63,610 nucleotides of DNA, filler included, from Octopus bimaculoides (GCF_001194135.2; 6 parts of 6 records of this genome joined end to end with filler, not necessarily neighbours in it); one strand, 5' to 3'. Counted from the first letter of the whole stretch, positions 36,812 through 49,564 are shown. The notes: generated by a model from the letters alone, not told the origin. Numbers and translations: made by a program.

Positions 36812-39800
36812 GCACACACACACACCTAAACACTAAAGAGACATGCTCACACAGAACACGAGTGCAGGTGCAGACAACTATATATATATGCAGACATTAA
36901 CTCAACCACATATTTACAAAACCTGGGAACTCTCTTAACTCAATAAGACATGTCTGTTTGTTAGCGACCGGCTTGAACTCCATTAAAAAGAACTTAAATA
37001 AATCTCAAAGAAAAACAGAAATACATGCATTCATACATATTGTATATAAACATTTGCAGCCATTACCTGCTTCTTTATGTTTTTTTTATGCATTCCACCA
37101 TTATTTTTTCTTTTCTAAGTTGTAAAATCTTTTTTTGTAAACTTAATTCGTCTGCAAATGTTTTCTTTCATTTCAGTACATTTAACAGAATTGAAATAAA
37201 TCAGTATAAAATATAAATTACATCTGAAGAATTCAAATTCATATATATGTATGTATATATGTGAGTGTGTGTGCGCAAAAAGGATAATATATCGCACTAC
37301 CTTAATGTGACTCTTAAATTCTCTCCATCTCTTTTTGTTTATTTTTGTGGCAGATGAGTATGAAATTTTGTGTTTTTGTTCTTTGTTTAACGTTGGTTAC
37401 TTGGAATCAGTTTTATAAATAATACAACCGAGAGTCTGTAATGTATTTTTGAACTCAAATGTGGAAAGATTTGGGTGTCTTATAGATTGATTCTATATCA
37501 TCGTAGCTGTATTTTGAGAGCTAATTTACGTTTAGCATATCAAGTGCAACAGTTTCAACTTATTTTAAACTTACGTATATTTATTTATTTTAATCATTTT
37601 GTTTTCTTTGCAGTTCAAGCCGGAAAAACGATTTTGTTATTTTATTATTTTGACTTCATATAAATTACAGCTAGGGAGTATTATTTTATGGTTTTATGAT
37701 ATATATAAGTCTACATTGTTAATGTCGTTCTACACCTTTGTTGATATGCTATTCTTCATTTTACTGAATGACATATTTAATAACTTTTAACTAAAACTAT
37801 GTATTCAAAGATATGAACGACTTCATTGAAAAAAAAATTGTTAGACAAGTGCAGATGTTTAGGATTTAAGTTCAGCTTTGGATCTCTAATATTCCTAATT
37901 TGTTCAAGTTTGGGCAGAAATATCGTCTCTTAAACACAGACTTTAATCATGTGTCGCGAAAATAATTTTTTAAGGATAAATTTTCTTCCATACTACGACC
38001 GTTGTTGTTCAGTCACATTTCAGCTCGGATTGTGAAAACTTATAGCAAAAAAGTATTCCAGCCTTTTAAGGCAACATTCTTTAATATGACTTTCCTTTTT
38101 AAGATGGTAAAAATGTGAATTGAGGGAGATTTGGTTATAATTTCTAGTAAGTCGAAGGACTACATATAAGCTGTTTCATTAGATTGAACTACTGTGACTG
38201 TGGTTGCAGCTAGGGCAGCATAGCCACTTCGATTTTTTTCGTTTACTTTAATATTCTTTAATAATATGAGAATAGTCTTAAAATATTCCAACAGAAAAAT
38301 TCGTGGTAAATAATTTTCATACTATTTTCACCTTATATTCTAGATTTTAGTCTCATAATAAAGTTTTAGACTTACACATGCTCACACGCGTATATGAATG
38401 TATTCTTGGAAGAGCTGCAGTTATTACGTGGATGATATCAAACTACCGACCGATGGGTTTAAGGTTCGTACTTCGTCATCGAGGTTATGTCGTAACCGTG
38501 GACAAGTTACTCAACTCATCAGATCAATAAACAAACTCATAAAAAGGTGTCGTGGCAGTTTACGCTAACCTAATTTATGGTTACAACTGAGAACTGGAGT
38601 GTCATTTACAGTGTCCTTACTATCAATTTATTGATTAAAAGTACAAACTATTAACTTGGTCAACTGCAAATGAAATGAAATTACTAAAGCTGGCAATCGA
38701 AAGAACTGGTTTCTACTGTACGGTGCTTGTCGTAAATATTCAGAATAATTTCTCACCTGGGTACGAACAGAGGACTGAAATAGTTAATTGAATCACACAT
38801 ACATGATTAGGCAACGGGGTTTTCAAAGTCGTTAGAGCATCTTATAGAATAGTTTGCGGGATTCTTTTGGATTTCGTGCTCTAAGTTCAAATCCCACCAG
38901 GATCACTTTTGCCTTTCCTCCTTTTGGGTTCGATAAATGAAGTACCAGTCTAGTACTGGAGTCTACTCTTGTCTCTCATTCTATCCGTGGAAGAAATCGA
39001 CTGTGATCAGATCTGGAGAGGGATGAGTGTTAAAATGTGCAAAACACAATGTATGTCACGATGATTTCACCACTACAACTGCGTCAGGAGTTGAGGATCC
39101 AAGGAAGGAAGGAATATACACGATACACAATTAGTAATTGTTTTAACCAATCAGAAGCGATGGATACGAGACAAAGTCAACGTTAGAAGAATTTAAAGTT
39201 AAAACGTAAAAAAAGGGTGTAAAAATTAATATATAGTCTGGCGCTCTACCGTTTCTACTCCACTATTCGGATAGAGAAAATAACGATTTCTCATATTATC
39301 ATAAAGTTCGCTAGGTTTTAGTTGATTAAATCAAAGCCAGTACATATCTGATATTGATTATTTTAGTGACACCTAAGATATGAAATGCAGAGATGACTCC
39401 AGTGAAGCTTGAACTCGGTATGTAGAATGACTAAACTAAATGCCACATACTAGTAGTTCTGTTTCACATCTCGTTTCTTACTGTGGACGGAATGGGAGAG
39501 TATATGCTTTATTAAAATCGCTTCCCAGGATAAAATTATTAACTTATTTGTTAAAAAGTTATTTTTCTATTAAGCACACCAAGAGCCTTATCATTCCACA
39601 ATATTGTATATAGCTCAACTTTTAAAACAATGAATTAATTATTAGAAAATTGACTTTTTCATATTCAATTGTGATAATACTTTTGTAAGGATGCTAGAAT
39701 TAATCAAACATCTCCGAGTTAGGAGGAGCATAATAAAGGTTGGAAATCACAGCTCTACTTTCTATTAATTCACTGCCTTCACAAATGCAGAAAATAGTAT

Positions 39801-40984
39801 TGTATTAACCAAGCAACAAACTATGTAATGTTTCTCTTGAAAAGCCTACAATCTGGCTTTTGTTAATTTGTTGTTTTTCTTTGATGGTTTTTGCTTTTCC
39901 AGGTGAATTTCATTGTTCAACTAATGTATTTTTACAGATATCACTTTTACCCTTGGCAAAAAAATATAAAGAGAAACGAATAAAAGCAATTTTTTTTTTA
40001 AAGATTCAGTGGAAAGTAAGAAGTATTTTGTGGTTTAGAAGCAGTTTTAGTAGTTCTTGATTTCCATCGCACACAGGAAATACCTGCTGAGACACCGGAA
40101 TTAAGCGGTTTCGAGCACATTAAGAAAATATTTCCGCCAGCAAAATAATACGGTGGATTGGCAGAGTTGGTAGAGTATCAGCCAAATGCCTGTAATATTT
40201 AATTATGTCCCTTTTTGTTCAGGGTCAACTTTGCTTTTTATCATTCTGGGGTCAATAAAATTGAGTAGTAAATAAGTACTGGATGTCGATTTAATATTTC
40301 TGTAAAGCATCTTTGTGCAGAGTAATTATTACATTGTAAATAATAGGTTTTTTAAATTTTGTCCGATTGTCAAAATGTGGTGATATCTCATAAATGCATT
40401 CATTTCTTTGAATGTCTCCGTAAAGTGTATCTAGAGTAAATAATCCATTTTCAGGTATACTAATAGAAAAAAATTCAACGTAGGGTTGTAAGATGTCGAA
40501 GTACTTTTTATTTACGCAGAAGTTATTTACAGCTTCGCGATCAACGTAGTTTGTTCAGTGCCGGTCACGCAATACGAACTTTAGAACTGATAATCCAGCT
40601 CCCTACTGAATCAGCAAGTCTCAGTATATGCTCTCATAATCTTAGTTACAACTGTATATTCAAGGGTAAATGTTTATTAGCTTCTTCTCATATAGGAATT
40701 AATTTTATTGTAGTTTAACTGCAGTATTTAAGCAACCCTTATAAATGGCCAAAAATGGTAAACAATGTGGTTAGAAAATATTTCTTAAGCATATTTCTTT
40801 AAAAAATGTCATGCAAAAGAAATTCGTTGAAGGCAAATTTTACGTTACATAATCAAAAATCAGTCTCAATTTCCCGTTTTTCAATAAATAAATAAATGCA
40901 TCCTATAATTCTTTGCTCAAGAGGGTGTTCCTCGCCTCTCACTTGACCACGGATGGAAGAGAAAATATACCTTGATCCTTTTTT

Positions 40985-41280
40985 TTTTCAGGGACCCCGA
41001 GACTGGAGGTAGAAAGAAAGAAACGAAGGAAGTTATTTGTAAACCTCCAAGAGCTAGCCTCAGTGCTTGCAGCGGAGTGAACTCTACAAAAGCACCCAAG
41101 GAGTCTAATACTGCAAAGCATTTTGTCCTAAGCCCGAAAAACACCCCGCCAAGTCAGCAACATTAACTGATACTTATTTTATAGACCCCGGTGGAATTTG
41201 AACTCAGAAATTAGAAAGCCACATCAAATACCGAAAAGCAGTTTGTTTTACGCTTTAACGAATCTTCCAATTCTTCGACG
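40985..41280 (-). mobile_element. Two degenerate fragments of the major SINE family
   Basis: TACTGCAAAGCATTTTGTCC; TACTTATTTTATAGACCCCGGTGGAATTTGAACTCAGAA. Confidence 0.7.
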
Positions 41281-43086
41281 TTGTGTAAAGTAGGGAGTAA
41301 CTATTGAACTTCTTATGGCTACAAACTTACATTTACAGCTCAATTTACGTACATTATTAGAATAGCTGAGTGGGTTAACGGAAGTGTGGATTGAACAATG
41401 GAGCTAGTAAAACAAGCCTAGGTTAAACATAATGGTTCAAGATACTTCAAAGTCTAATCATACATATTTATGGTTTCAAACACTGTAGAAATTCAATTAG
41501 CCAATTATTCTTCGATAAAATAGATATGATAAATAATGGCAAAAGAAATCGAGGACTGCCTTACAAAGTTTGCAGTTTTTTTTTTTTTAGGTATATAAAT
41601 ATACATACATATATGCATAATACAAATGTTCATATACTGTAAATGATGCTTTTCTGTATTTTCACAAGTGTGTTACTGTTTTTCTTCAGATATATCGTAG
41701 AAGATTTTGTACCAGACTTCTTACAATATTCACTGCAAAATATTTAGCATTTTCCACATTTTTTGCACAACACTAAAGAATATATTTGTTTACAGGAAGC
41801 TATCTAATAAAAAGCGAAATACCAAATGAGTAATGTACACGAAGAAATGAGTGATAACAATACAGTCTAATAACTGAAATTAGTTAATTGTACAAGATGC
41901 TTTTTGTCACGAAATACCTGCATGTTGTTTCATCAAGAGTTTATATTTCAACAACATTGAGTTATTTCATTATGCGTGTAATAAGAAATACCTAAAAATC
42001 GCAGAAAAGTATTTTTTCTTTTCCTTATTTTGCTTTCTTCGCTTAGCCTTGTAATTTAAAAGTTTATAACAGAAGTCTGGAGCAATAATTAACATGCACC
42101 CAATCATCTAATGACTAAATATCACAACTATCTCGTATATTTTGATAACTTAGCAAGAAGAAAGGATATAGAGAAGGCTGAAATCAACTGCATTTACATT
42201 CAATTTCGATCCCACGTACAAAGAAGACACAAGATGCCTCTGAAGATTAGATTTGAAAAACAAGAGGAAAATGACTAAACAGAAATTATTATAACTTACG
42301 GGGATCCCGCTGGGAAACTAAACATTCAAATACACAGCTTATACAGACTTAACAAGTAGCTCCAATAAATATGTAAGGACAATGTCGTAGCTAAAATAGT
42401 AGAGTTTTTCAATATTTGATAAATATCTTTATATTCCGATTTCAATTCCCATCGGACTTAGATTTCTTCTTTCGGCATTGATAAATACGTACTAATATCA
42501 CCAAAATAAGTTGTTTTTTTTATTGGAAATGGAATTATCTTTTTCTAAAGGCATTTTAGCTCTGTTTCTAATTCTGTCTTTAGTTTTCCTTAGTACGTCT
42601 AGTTTAATTTTTAAATATGACAATTTTTACCTTCTTGATTTTGTGTGTGTTTATCGCATGGACCTATACAGATAACATATATTTGATAGGTTGGTTTTAA
42701 TCTGATTATTATATCATAGATTCTGATAGATATAGATGTAATTGAAGAATATGTATTTTATAACATTTTAAAAGTGTTGCTCTCTGATATACACACGTCT
42801 TCTCCTGCACAGTAACAAGCTATTTCACACTTCCGTCAAACGCCTGTTGATGTACACTCCTCTATTTCTTTTGCTAGACTTTTGTTGTCCCCCTTTCAAA
42901 ACTATACTGAATATTTTCCTTAGTTACTTACTACCGTGGACTTCTCATCTTAATGCTTTTCCGACATGCATATATTAGCAGTAGTTCAATACGGTCATAA
43001 ACTGTATCCATACTATTCACGGAGGTGGGGATGATGAGGGTCAAGCACGACGTCTTTTCAACTTTAACAAAATGTTAATAATAATG

Positions 43087-43296
43087 GCTTCAGAGTTTGG
43101 CACAAGTGCAGCAAGTTCGGGGGAGGAGTAAAGTCGATTACATTGATTCCAGTATTCAACAAATGCTCGTTTTATCGCCCCCGAGAAGATGACAAAGTCG
43201 ACCGCGGGGGAATTTGAACTCAGAACGTAAAGACGGACGAAATGCCTCTAAGCATTTTGCCCGGTGTGCTAATGATTCTGCCAGCTCAACGCCGCC
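43087..43296 (-). mobile_element. Major SINE family, tail type C
   Basis: Full body with AAAGTCGACCGCGGGGGAATTTGAACTCAGAACGTAAAGACGGACGAAATGCC. Confidence 0.9.
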
Positions 43297-43345
43297 ATCA
43301 TCATCATCATCATAATAATAATAATAATAATGATAATAATAATAA

Positions 43346-43565
43346 ATGATCTTTTTCTACTCTAGGCACAAGGCCCGAAATTTAGGGTCATGGGTTCAGT
43401 CGATTAGATCGACCCTAGTATACAACTGATACTTAATTTATCGACCCCGAAAGGATGAAAGGCAAAGCCGACCTCGGCGGAATTTGAACTCAGAACGTAA
43501 AGACAGGCGAAATACCACTAAGGATTTCGCCCGGCTTGCTAACGTTTCTGCCAGTTCACCGTCTT
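43346..43565 (-). mobile_element. Major SINE family, tail type A, relatively young copy
   Basis: Close to the in-window consensus; flanked by (AAT)n on both sides. Confidence 0.92.
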
Positions 43566-43578
43566 TAATAATAATAAT

Positions 43579-44148
43579 AGCAGTCTTGGTTGACTATCGT
43601 ACTAGAGATGGTGTCTCGATAAAAATACCGGTTGGTGGCTAACCTTGAAACATATACCTCAATGTTGAGTAAAAATGTCTAATACAAATGTAACAAATAA
43701 TGGTGTTAATGAGGCTGGAACCAAACGTGAAAGCCTTTCGCCCGCCAGGTGCCCTGTGGTTGAGTGACGCAGGCCCGTTTGTCATCCAGAGACTGCTTGT
43801 ACACAAAGTCAGTGGCAGAGAAGAAGGTGGGGTAAGGATGCAAACCGAATGGTAATTGAATGCTGGATCAGGAGTGAACCCAGCAGAACGGGATTCCAAC
43901 AACGAATGAAAGCAAAATGGATCAGAAAACATCAAGAGGAATATAAAGGAAATTGGAATAGAATGCCCAGTAGACCTGTTACAAAAGATTTGCCTCTTTG
44001 GCACGGCCAGAATAATCAGGAAAGTATTAGATAGCTGAAAAGAACGAATAGCATGGTACCGTAGGATGCAGGTAGTAAGCCCGCTGCACATGCAAGACTC
44101 CAGGATCTCCAACAGAACCTGTGATAAAGAGAAAATAATAACAATAAT
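43579..44148 (+). mobile_element. Internally deleted R4/Dong-like RLE non-LTR element
   Basis: N-terminal peptide RRWGKDANRMVIECWIRSEPSRTGFQQRMKAKW abuts C-terminal peptide NIKEIGIECPVDLLQKICLFGTARIIRKVLDS* (43940-44038, different frame). About 100 bp of 3' UTR follows. AAT repeats lie on both sides. Confidence 0.75.
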
Positions 44149-44479
44149 CCTCTCTACTATAGGTATAAGGACAGTAATTTCGGGGAAGGGGTAAGTTGAT
44201 CATTGAACTGGTACTTATTTTATCGACCCCACGAAAAATATCAACCAAATCTGACATATCACTCTTGCACAATCTTAAAAAAAGGAAGGAGACATTTAAT
44301 AACGTAACCTTAGACACGCTGAAGAAAAAATAATCGGTAGGATAGTCACAGTTAAAATTCCTTTGATCATAATCTACCTTGTCAAGGTTGATTGGTATTT
44401 TATCAAGGAGGAAAGGCATAGTTGAGATTGGTGAGATTGGAACTGAGAATGTAAAGATGCAGACTAACGATTTCTCCAC

Positions 44480-44660
44480 TCCGCCTTTCGGCTTTCATTT
44501 TATTTCATATTTTTGAGCGCAATCCCGCCGATATCACTGCTGCCTTTAATTCCTTTGGAGTCGATAAAATAAAGTACCAGTTAAACACTGGGTCGATGTA
44601 ATCGACTAGTCCTTTCCCCAAAAATGTCAGGCCTTGTGCCTATAGTAGAAAAGTTTATTA
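44480..44660 (+). mobile_element. Major SINE family, 3' two-thirds
   Basis: GGAGTCGATAAAATAAAGTACCAGTTAAACACTGGGTCGATGTAATCGACT...GGCCTTGTGCCTATAGTAGAAAAG. Confidence 0.85.
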
Positions 44661-45499
44661 TTTTTAAAATTAAGAAGAAAAAAATTAATGAATAAGCAGA
44701 AATTTTTCAATATGAGAGAAGTTACTAACTGTAGAACTGAGTATTTAACGTGAAGTTGAAAAGCAGTAAGCATTTGTTTCTATTCTTTTTTTTTTTTTTC
44801 GGGAATGTTGTTCACTAGTAATTTGTTGGCATACATAATGAGTATGAGGATTTCTTATGAAAGTTTATACCCTTCGCCTTTGGACGTAGTCCCAGAGTAG
44901 GATTGAGTAATTAAAGAGAGGACGTTGACACGGCTGACACTTTAATGTTGAGGATTGTTAGTGATAAATGGGAATAGAATAGAAATACAAATGATATTTT
45001 CTTTTTAACTTGGAAAGAATGACGAATTGGCAGAATAGTTAGAGTGCGAAAATAATACTTTGCGCTATTTGTTCCGGCTTTAAAATTTTTAATTCAGTTT
45101 CTGCTGATCTCAACTTTCTCCAATATACCACTGTGGACATAGAGTAACCATCTTGGGTCATCCAGATCGTATCTAAAGAGGGTATTTATCCCAATAGGCT
45201 GGGATAGTGTAAGTTGTCCACAAATTCAATAGCTCAGCTACACAGATCACAGATTTATAACTTGACAGTCTACCTAATCAGGACTCTTAAACAGGCACAC
45301 GACAACTGGAAGTTAAATATGTCGTTACTGGCGTATAAAGCCTACAGAGGCCGGATTAACACTTTAGTTAAGCAGCAGTTGACAAGAGCAATTGTCAACT
45401 TCCTGTAGTGGAACACTCTGAAGAGAGTGGTATATCCCTCAACTATTTCTTCAGCGTATTGTCACAGTTACGGTGCATATTCCAATACGCGAAAGAATG

Positions 45500-46190
45500 A
45501 AAAACTGTTCGTTGGATCCAGGTGGCAGAGATGCAATGCGGTAACAAAAGCCAAGTTCTGTCTTCGATGGGTGAGCCAGAAAGGACGATTGCTACCCGAT
45601 TCCAAACAAATGTATGTGATTTTCTAGTGGCGCTTTACTTAAATGTTCAAGTTGAGCAATGTGCTGGAGTCGATCAGGGACTTTATAGCGTAGTTTGACA
45701 CTTAGTAGAAGATGGGGCAAAAGTTGATAGCAGCAAGAGATACGTGGTGCGATAACAGATTGTACGAAACACATGGCTGAGATGGTCTGCCCGACAAACT
45801 TTATGCATATATGCCAGACTTATTGGTCGACGCCCTTGCAAACATTTACTGCAGCTGGCAGCAGAACGGTGTATCCTCAGTTCTGTAAACTAGGCAGTAG
45901 TAGATTTTTTGGGGGAAAGACGGAAACTACACAGAAATGTAATTGATAATTTTCAGTCCAAACAACACTAAAAGCAGAACTGGAGATTTTGGCCGAGGCG
46001 CTAGGGAAGAGGTTGGCGTTTATCGTCGAGCGTGTGGTCGGGAAACTTCTACCTCATTGTTTCGGTATGACTCTGATCAACTTGAAAGCTTTCGATAGCA
46101 TCAATCATCGTAACTTGGAGCTGTCCTCGGGGCAGCCGGTTTCGATCCCGCCTTCAGAGACTAGATAGCTTAAATATTCAGCAGCATTTT
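45500..46190 (+). pseudogene. Tx1/L1-group LINE reverse transcriptase remnant
   Basis: From 45781: DGLPDKLYAYMPDLLVDALANIYCSWQQNG. Then TLKAELEILAEALGKRLAFIVERVVGK, TLINLKAFDSINHRNL and AVLGAAGFDPAFRD*IA. These are typical RT subdomain 0-3 motifs, with many lesions. Confidence 0.88.
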
Positions 46191-46291
46191 CCCGTTGAAC
46201 AGAGTAAATGGGAATATGTTTAATTACACTCTCAATTCGTCAAAACTATTCTCTCTGCTCTCTTCTGAACGTACTGACCCTCACGTCATTA

Positions 46292-46400
46292 CCAAGGGCC
46301 CAGGAACAGGGGGTGCAGCGGGTGCACCTGCACCCCCTAGAATTTTCAAGGGGTGCAAGATCAAAATTTGCACCCCCTACATAATCTTACCAGTTTCAGA
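46292..46400 (+). mobile_element. Possible DNA-transposon (hAT-like) terminal fragment
   Basis: GC-rich CAAGGGCCC...AGGGGGTGCAGCGGGTGCACCTGCACCCCCT with repeated TGCACCCCCT. No partner TIR found. Confidence 0.35.
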
Positions 46401-46760
46401 AAAAAAGTGTCTAAAATCTATCGGTATAAAATTTTTATTTCGATCTCGTTTCAAAACAAAGAAAAAATAAAAGTGATGAAGCTGGCATAAAATTCCCTAG
46501 GGAGTTTAGGACCACTAATTTCTGAAGGAAAGTAGCGTCAAAATACAAAACAATAAGTGACAATAACAACAGTAGCAGCAACAATAACAACAACAAAACC
46601 AGCATGTATAGTTAATTTTGAATATATAGCATTANNNNNNNNNNNNNNNNNNNNNNNNNNNNNNNNNNNNNNNNNNNNTTAATTAATTAANNNNNNNNNN
46701 NNNNNNNNNNNNNNNNNNNNNNNNNNNNNNNNNNGCCCGCGCTCTTAACCACTACGTCAT

Positions 46761-47934
46761 ATGCCCGACATAGAAAGGCTATATATTCAACGTACAGAAA
46801 GTGGTAGAGGTCTTATACAGCTGGAAAACTATTATAAAATAACCACCATAGGACTGCAAAATACCTACTTCAGAAGCAAGGAAAACTTATACAAAAAGCC
46901 ACAAAACACGAGCAAAACAAAAGCCTCTCTTCAGTATTTAAAGAAGCTGACAAATACAAACAAAAAATCATACTACCTAACAAATATGAAGAAGAAGAAG
47001 AAACAACAAAAGCTATAAAACAAATGAAATCCAAACAAAAATTATAACAGCAACGGACCATGATAAAACGATGGCAAGAAAAGCTCCTTCATGGCAAATA
47101 CTGGGCTAAACTAAATGCAAAAGAAATAGACAGAGAAAAATCCCAGCAATGGTTTAGAAGCTCAGGACTCAAAGCAGAGACTGAAGGATTTTTAATTGCT
47201 GCACAAGACCAAAGCCTCCCCACCAGAAATTACCAAAAACATATAATGACAAAAAAACATAAAAAGTAACTGCAGAATATGTGGCGATGGACAAGAAACA
47301 ATAAATCATATTATCTCTGGCTGCCCAGTCCTGGCTAAGAAGGAATATATTCACAGACACGACATAGTTGGGACCTACATAGACTTGAAGCTACGCCAAC
47401 ACTATGGAATAACAACAGAAAAAAGATGGTATAGGCACACGCCAGAAAAGGTCACAGAAAACGAGAAAGAAACCATACTCTGGGATATGCCAATACACAC
47501 AGATAGAGAAATTAAGGTCTATAGACCAAATATAGTTGTCAGAGATCATGAAGAAAAAAAAAGCTTTCTAATTGATGTATCAATACCAGCAGATGACAAC
47601 TTTTCTCTAATAGAAATGGAGAAACCTTCAAAATACAAAGACCTGGAAATAGAGATAACTCGAATGTGGAATCTAAAAGCAGAAACAATTCCTGCTATAG
47701 TGGGCGCACTAGGTATGATAAAAAAATATTCAGACAAATACATAACAAAAACACCAGGATTTACAAATATAAATAACATACAGAAAATTACACTACTGAG
47801 CACTGCACACATCCTACGCAAAACACTTTCAATACAGTAACCATAAGAGCATCACAGCAAACCACAGCACATACCAAAGGCACACAGAGCTGCGCTCTGT
47901 AGTGAAGTGAAAGTACGCTATAAAAATAAAACTA

Positions 47935-48005
<71 letters not shown>
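46761..48005 (+). mobile_element. 5'-truncated R4/Dong-clade non-LTR retrotransposon (restriction-like endonuclease)
   Basis: DIERLYIQRTESGRGLIQLE; WQEKLLHGKY...SGLKAETEGFLIAAQDQSLPTRNY; CCHC knuckle CRIC-X8-H-X4-C; RHD; ILWD...R..YRPNIVV...LIDVSIP...EK.SKYKDL; LQKITLLSTAHILRKTL-type end at 47840. 3' UTR and (AAT)n tail at 47939-48005. Frameshifted, and the catalytic PD reads PN. Confidence 0.93.
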
Positions 48006-48008
<3 letters not shown>

Positions 48009-48190
48009 TATCAAAAAATACCTTAGGAATGAGAAGCCAGGTTCGAAGTTTCCCCATGACACTTGAGGGAGGCTGGAGAGTATATCAGCCGAAACGTTGT
48101 GCGAACAACAAACAAGATGAGGACAAATATCCGTCAAATGTAAATAATGTACATAACTCCTCATCTCTTAAATATAGAACTGTATCTTAA
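48006..48190 (+). mobile_element. (AAT)n-associated interspersed repeat, probably a Penelope-like terminal repeat, with a degenerate hammerhead core
   Basis: High similarity to the reverse complement of 56760-56895; GACAC-TTGAGGGA-GGCTG..CAGCC-GAAACGTTGTG. Confidence 0.7.
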
Positions 48191-49403
48191 AGGCCTAGTT
48201 ATTGTGACAGAAAGTAAATTACAAGAGAATATCTTTGCAAACATCACTGCGACTATATATTTAACTGAATATTCGTTAGTCCGTAATGTTCACCGAGATC
48301 AACTTGAAGAAGAGATTTTGCCTGTCATTCTCTTAAGGATAGTGAAACCGATATATTGATAAATAATTAAGAATTATGACAATGGGGATGATGACGATGA
48401 CAAGTGTGATGATAAGGATGATGATAAGGATGATGATAATGATGATAACGTCGACAATAACGATCAAAAGTTTGATGAGAATGATGACGACTTCAAGAAT
48501 AAGTACCATGATGATGTTCATCACGATGATGATCTTTCAGTTTGGCACATATTAGGAAAGTATCCTGAGAGGGACGCAGTCGATTGAAATGAGGCAGTAC
48601 GTGACTGGTACTTTATTTTAGCGACCTTAAAAGGATGAAACATAAAAGGCTGCAACTTGATGTCGCAATACAGTTCGAGCCCTGCTCTGATGTTTCTTCG
48701 AATTCAAAAGCATTAATACAGAAGAATTAGCTATTTTCTTGCAACTTTCTATTTTCACTTATTCAGAAGTGAGATTCTACGGTACAAATGAGTATTAGAA
48801 TACATGATATGTATGTATGAATAGATAGGAAAGTCTGAGAAACTGATGAAAAGTCGGATCGAGAGCTATATGCACTCAAAAAAATTTGATCTTGATAAAT
48901 TAAATAGCTTAATATTTGGACTTAGTTCGAGCACCGTGTTTAACTTTTCTGTGTCTGCGCATCAGTTGATGTATTTATTTTTATGTGTGTGTGGATCGGT
49001 TTTTGTCACGCTTGAAGTGTTGAATTCTGAAAGTTTAATAAGTTACATTGTCCTTTCAACTAATTTTGACGTTTTCTATCGCCTGAGCTTATGTTGTTTA
49101 TAAGAAAAGCCACTACATCAGTCTGCTTTTGGTATGAATTAGTTGCATGTCAAGCTTAACTGGCCATATGCTATCAAATACATTAGATTGAGGCAAGAAG
49201 TTATTTTGGTAAAAACAGTCAATTAGTTTTCAGATAAACACAAATAAAATCTTCTGGGCTACTAAAATTATGATTATCTGGTGAGTATTACTTCAGGCAT
49301 TCTTAATTAGAAATGTCAAACTGATATCGGAATTATATTACTTCACGTTAGATCATGATAATGATCTTTTGGTATAATGCCAAATAATCAAAACATCGGT
49401 AAA

Positions 49404-49412
49404 CTACTACTA

Positions 49413-49452
<40 letters not shown>

Positions 49453-49453
49453 G

Positions 49454-49536
<83 letters not shown>

Positions 49537-49555
49537 TACTATTACTACAACTATT
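49404..49555. repeat. (ACT)n/(ATT)n microsatellite
   Basis: Read directly from the sequence; source of the poly-L ORF at 49377. Confidence 0.95.
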
Positions 49556-49564
49556 AGTACTCAC

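Noticed and set aside
38425-38570. YVDDI motif suggesting an LTR or Penelope reverse transcriptase
   Set aside because: No other RT motifs in the flanking translation; a five-residue match is expected by chance.
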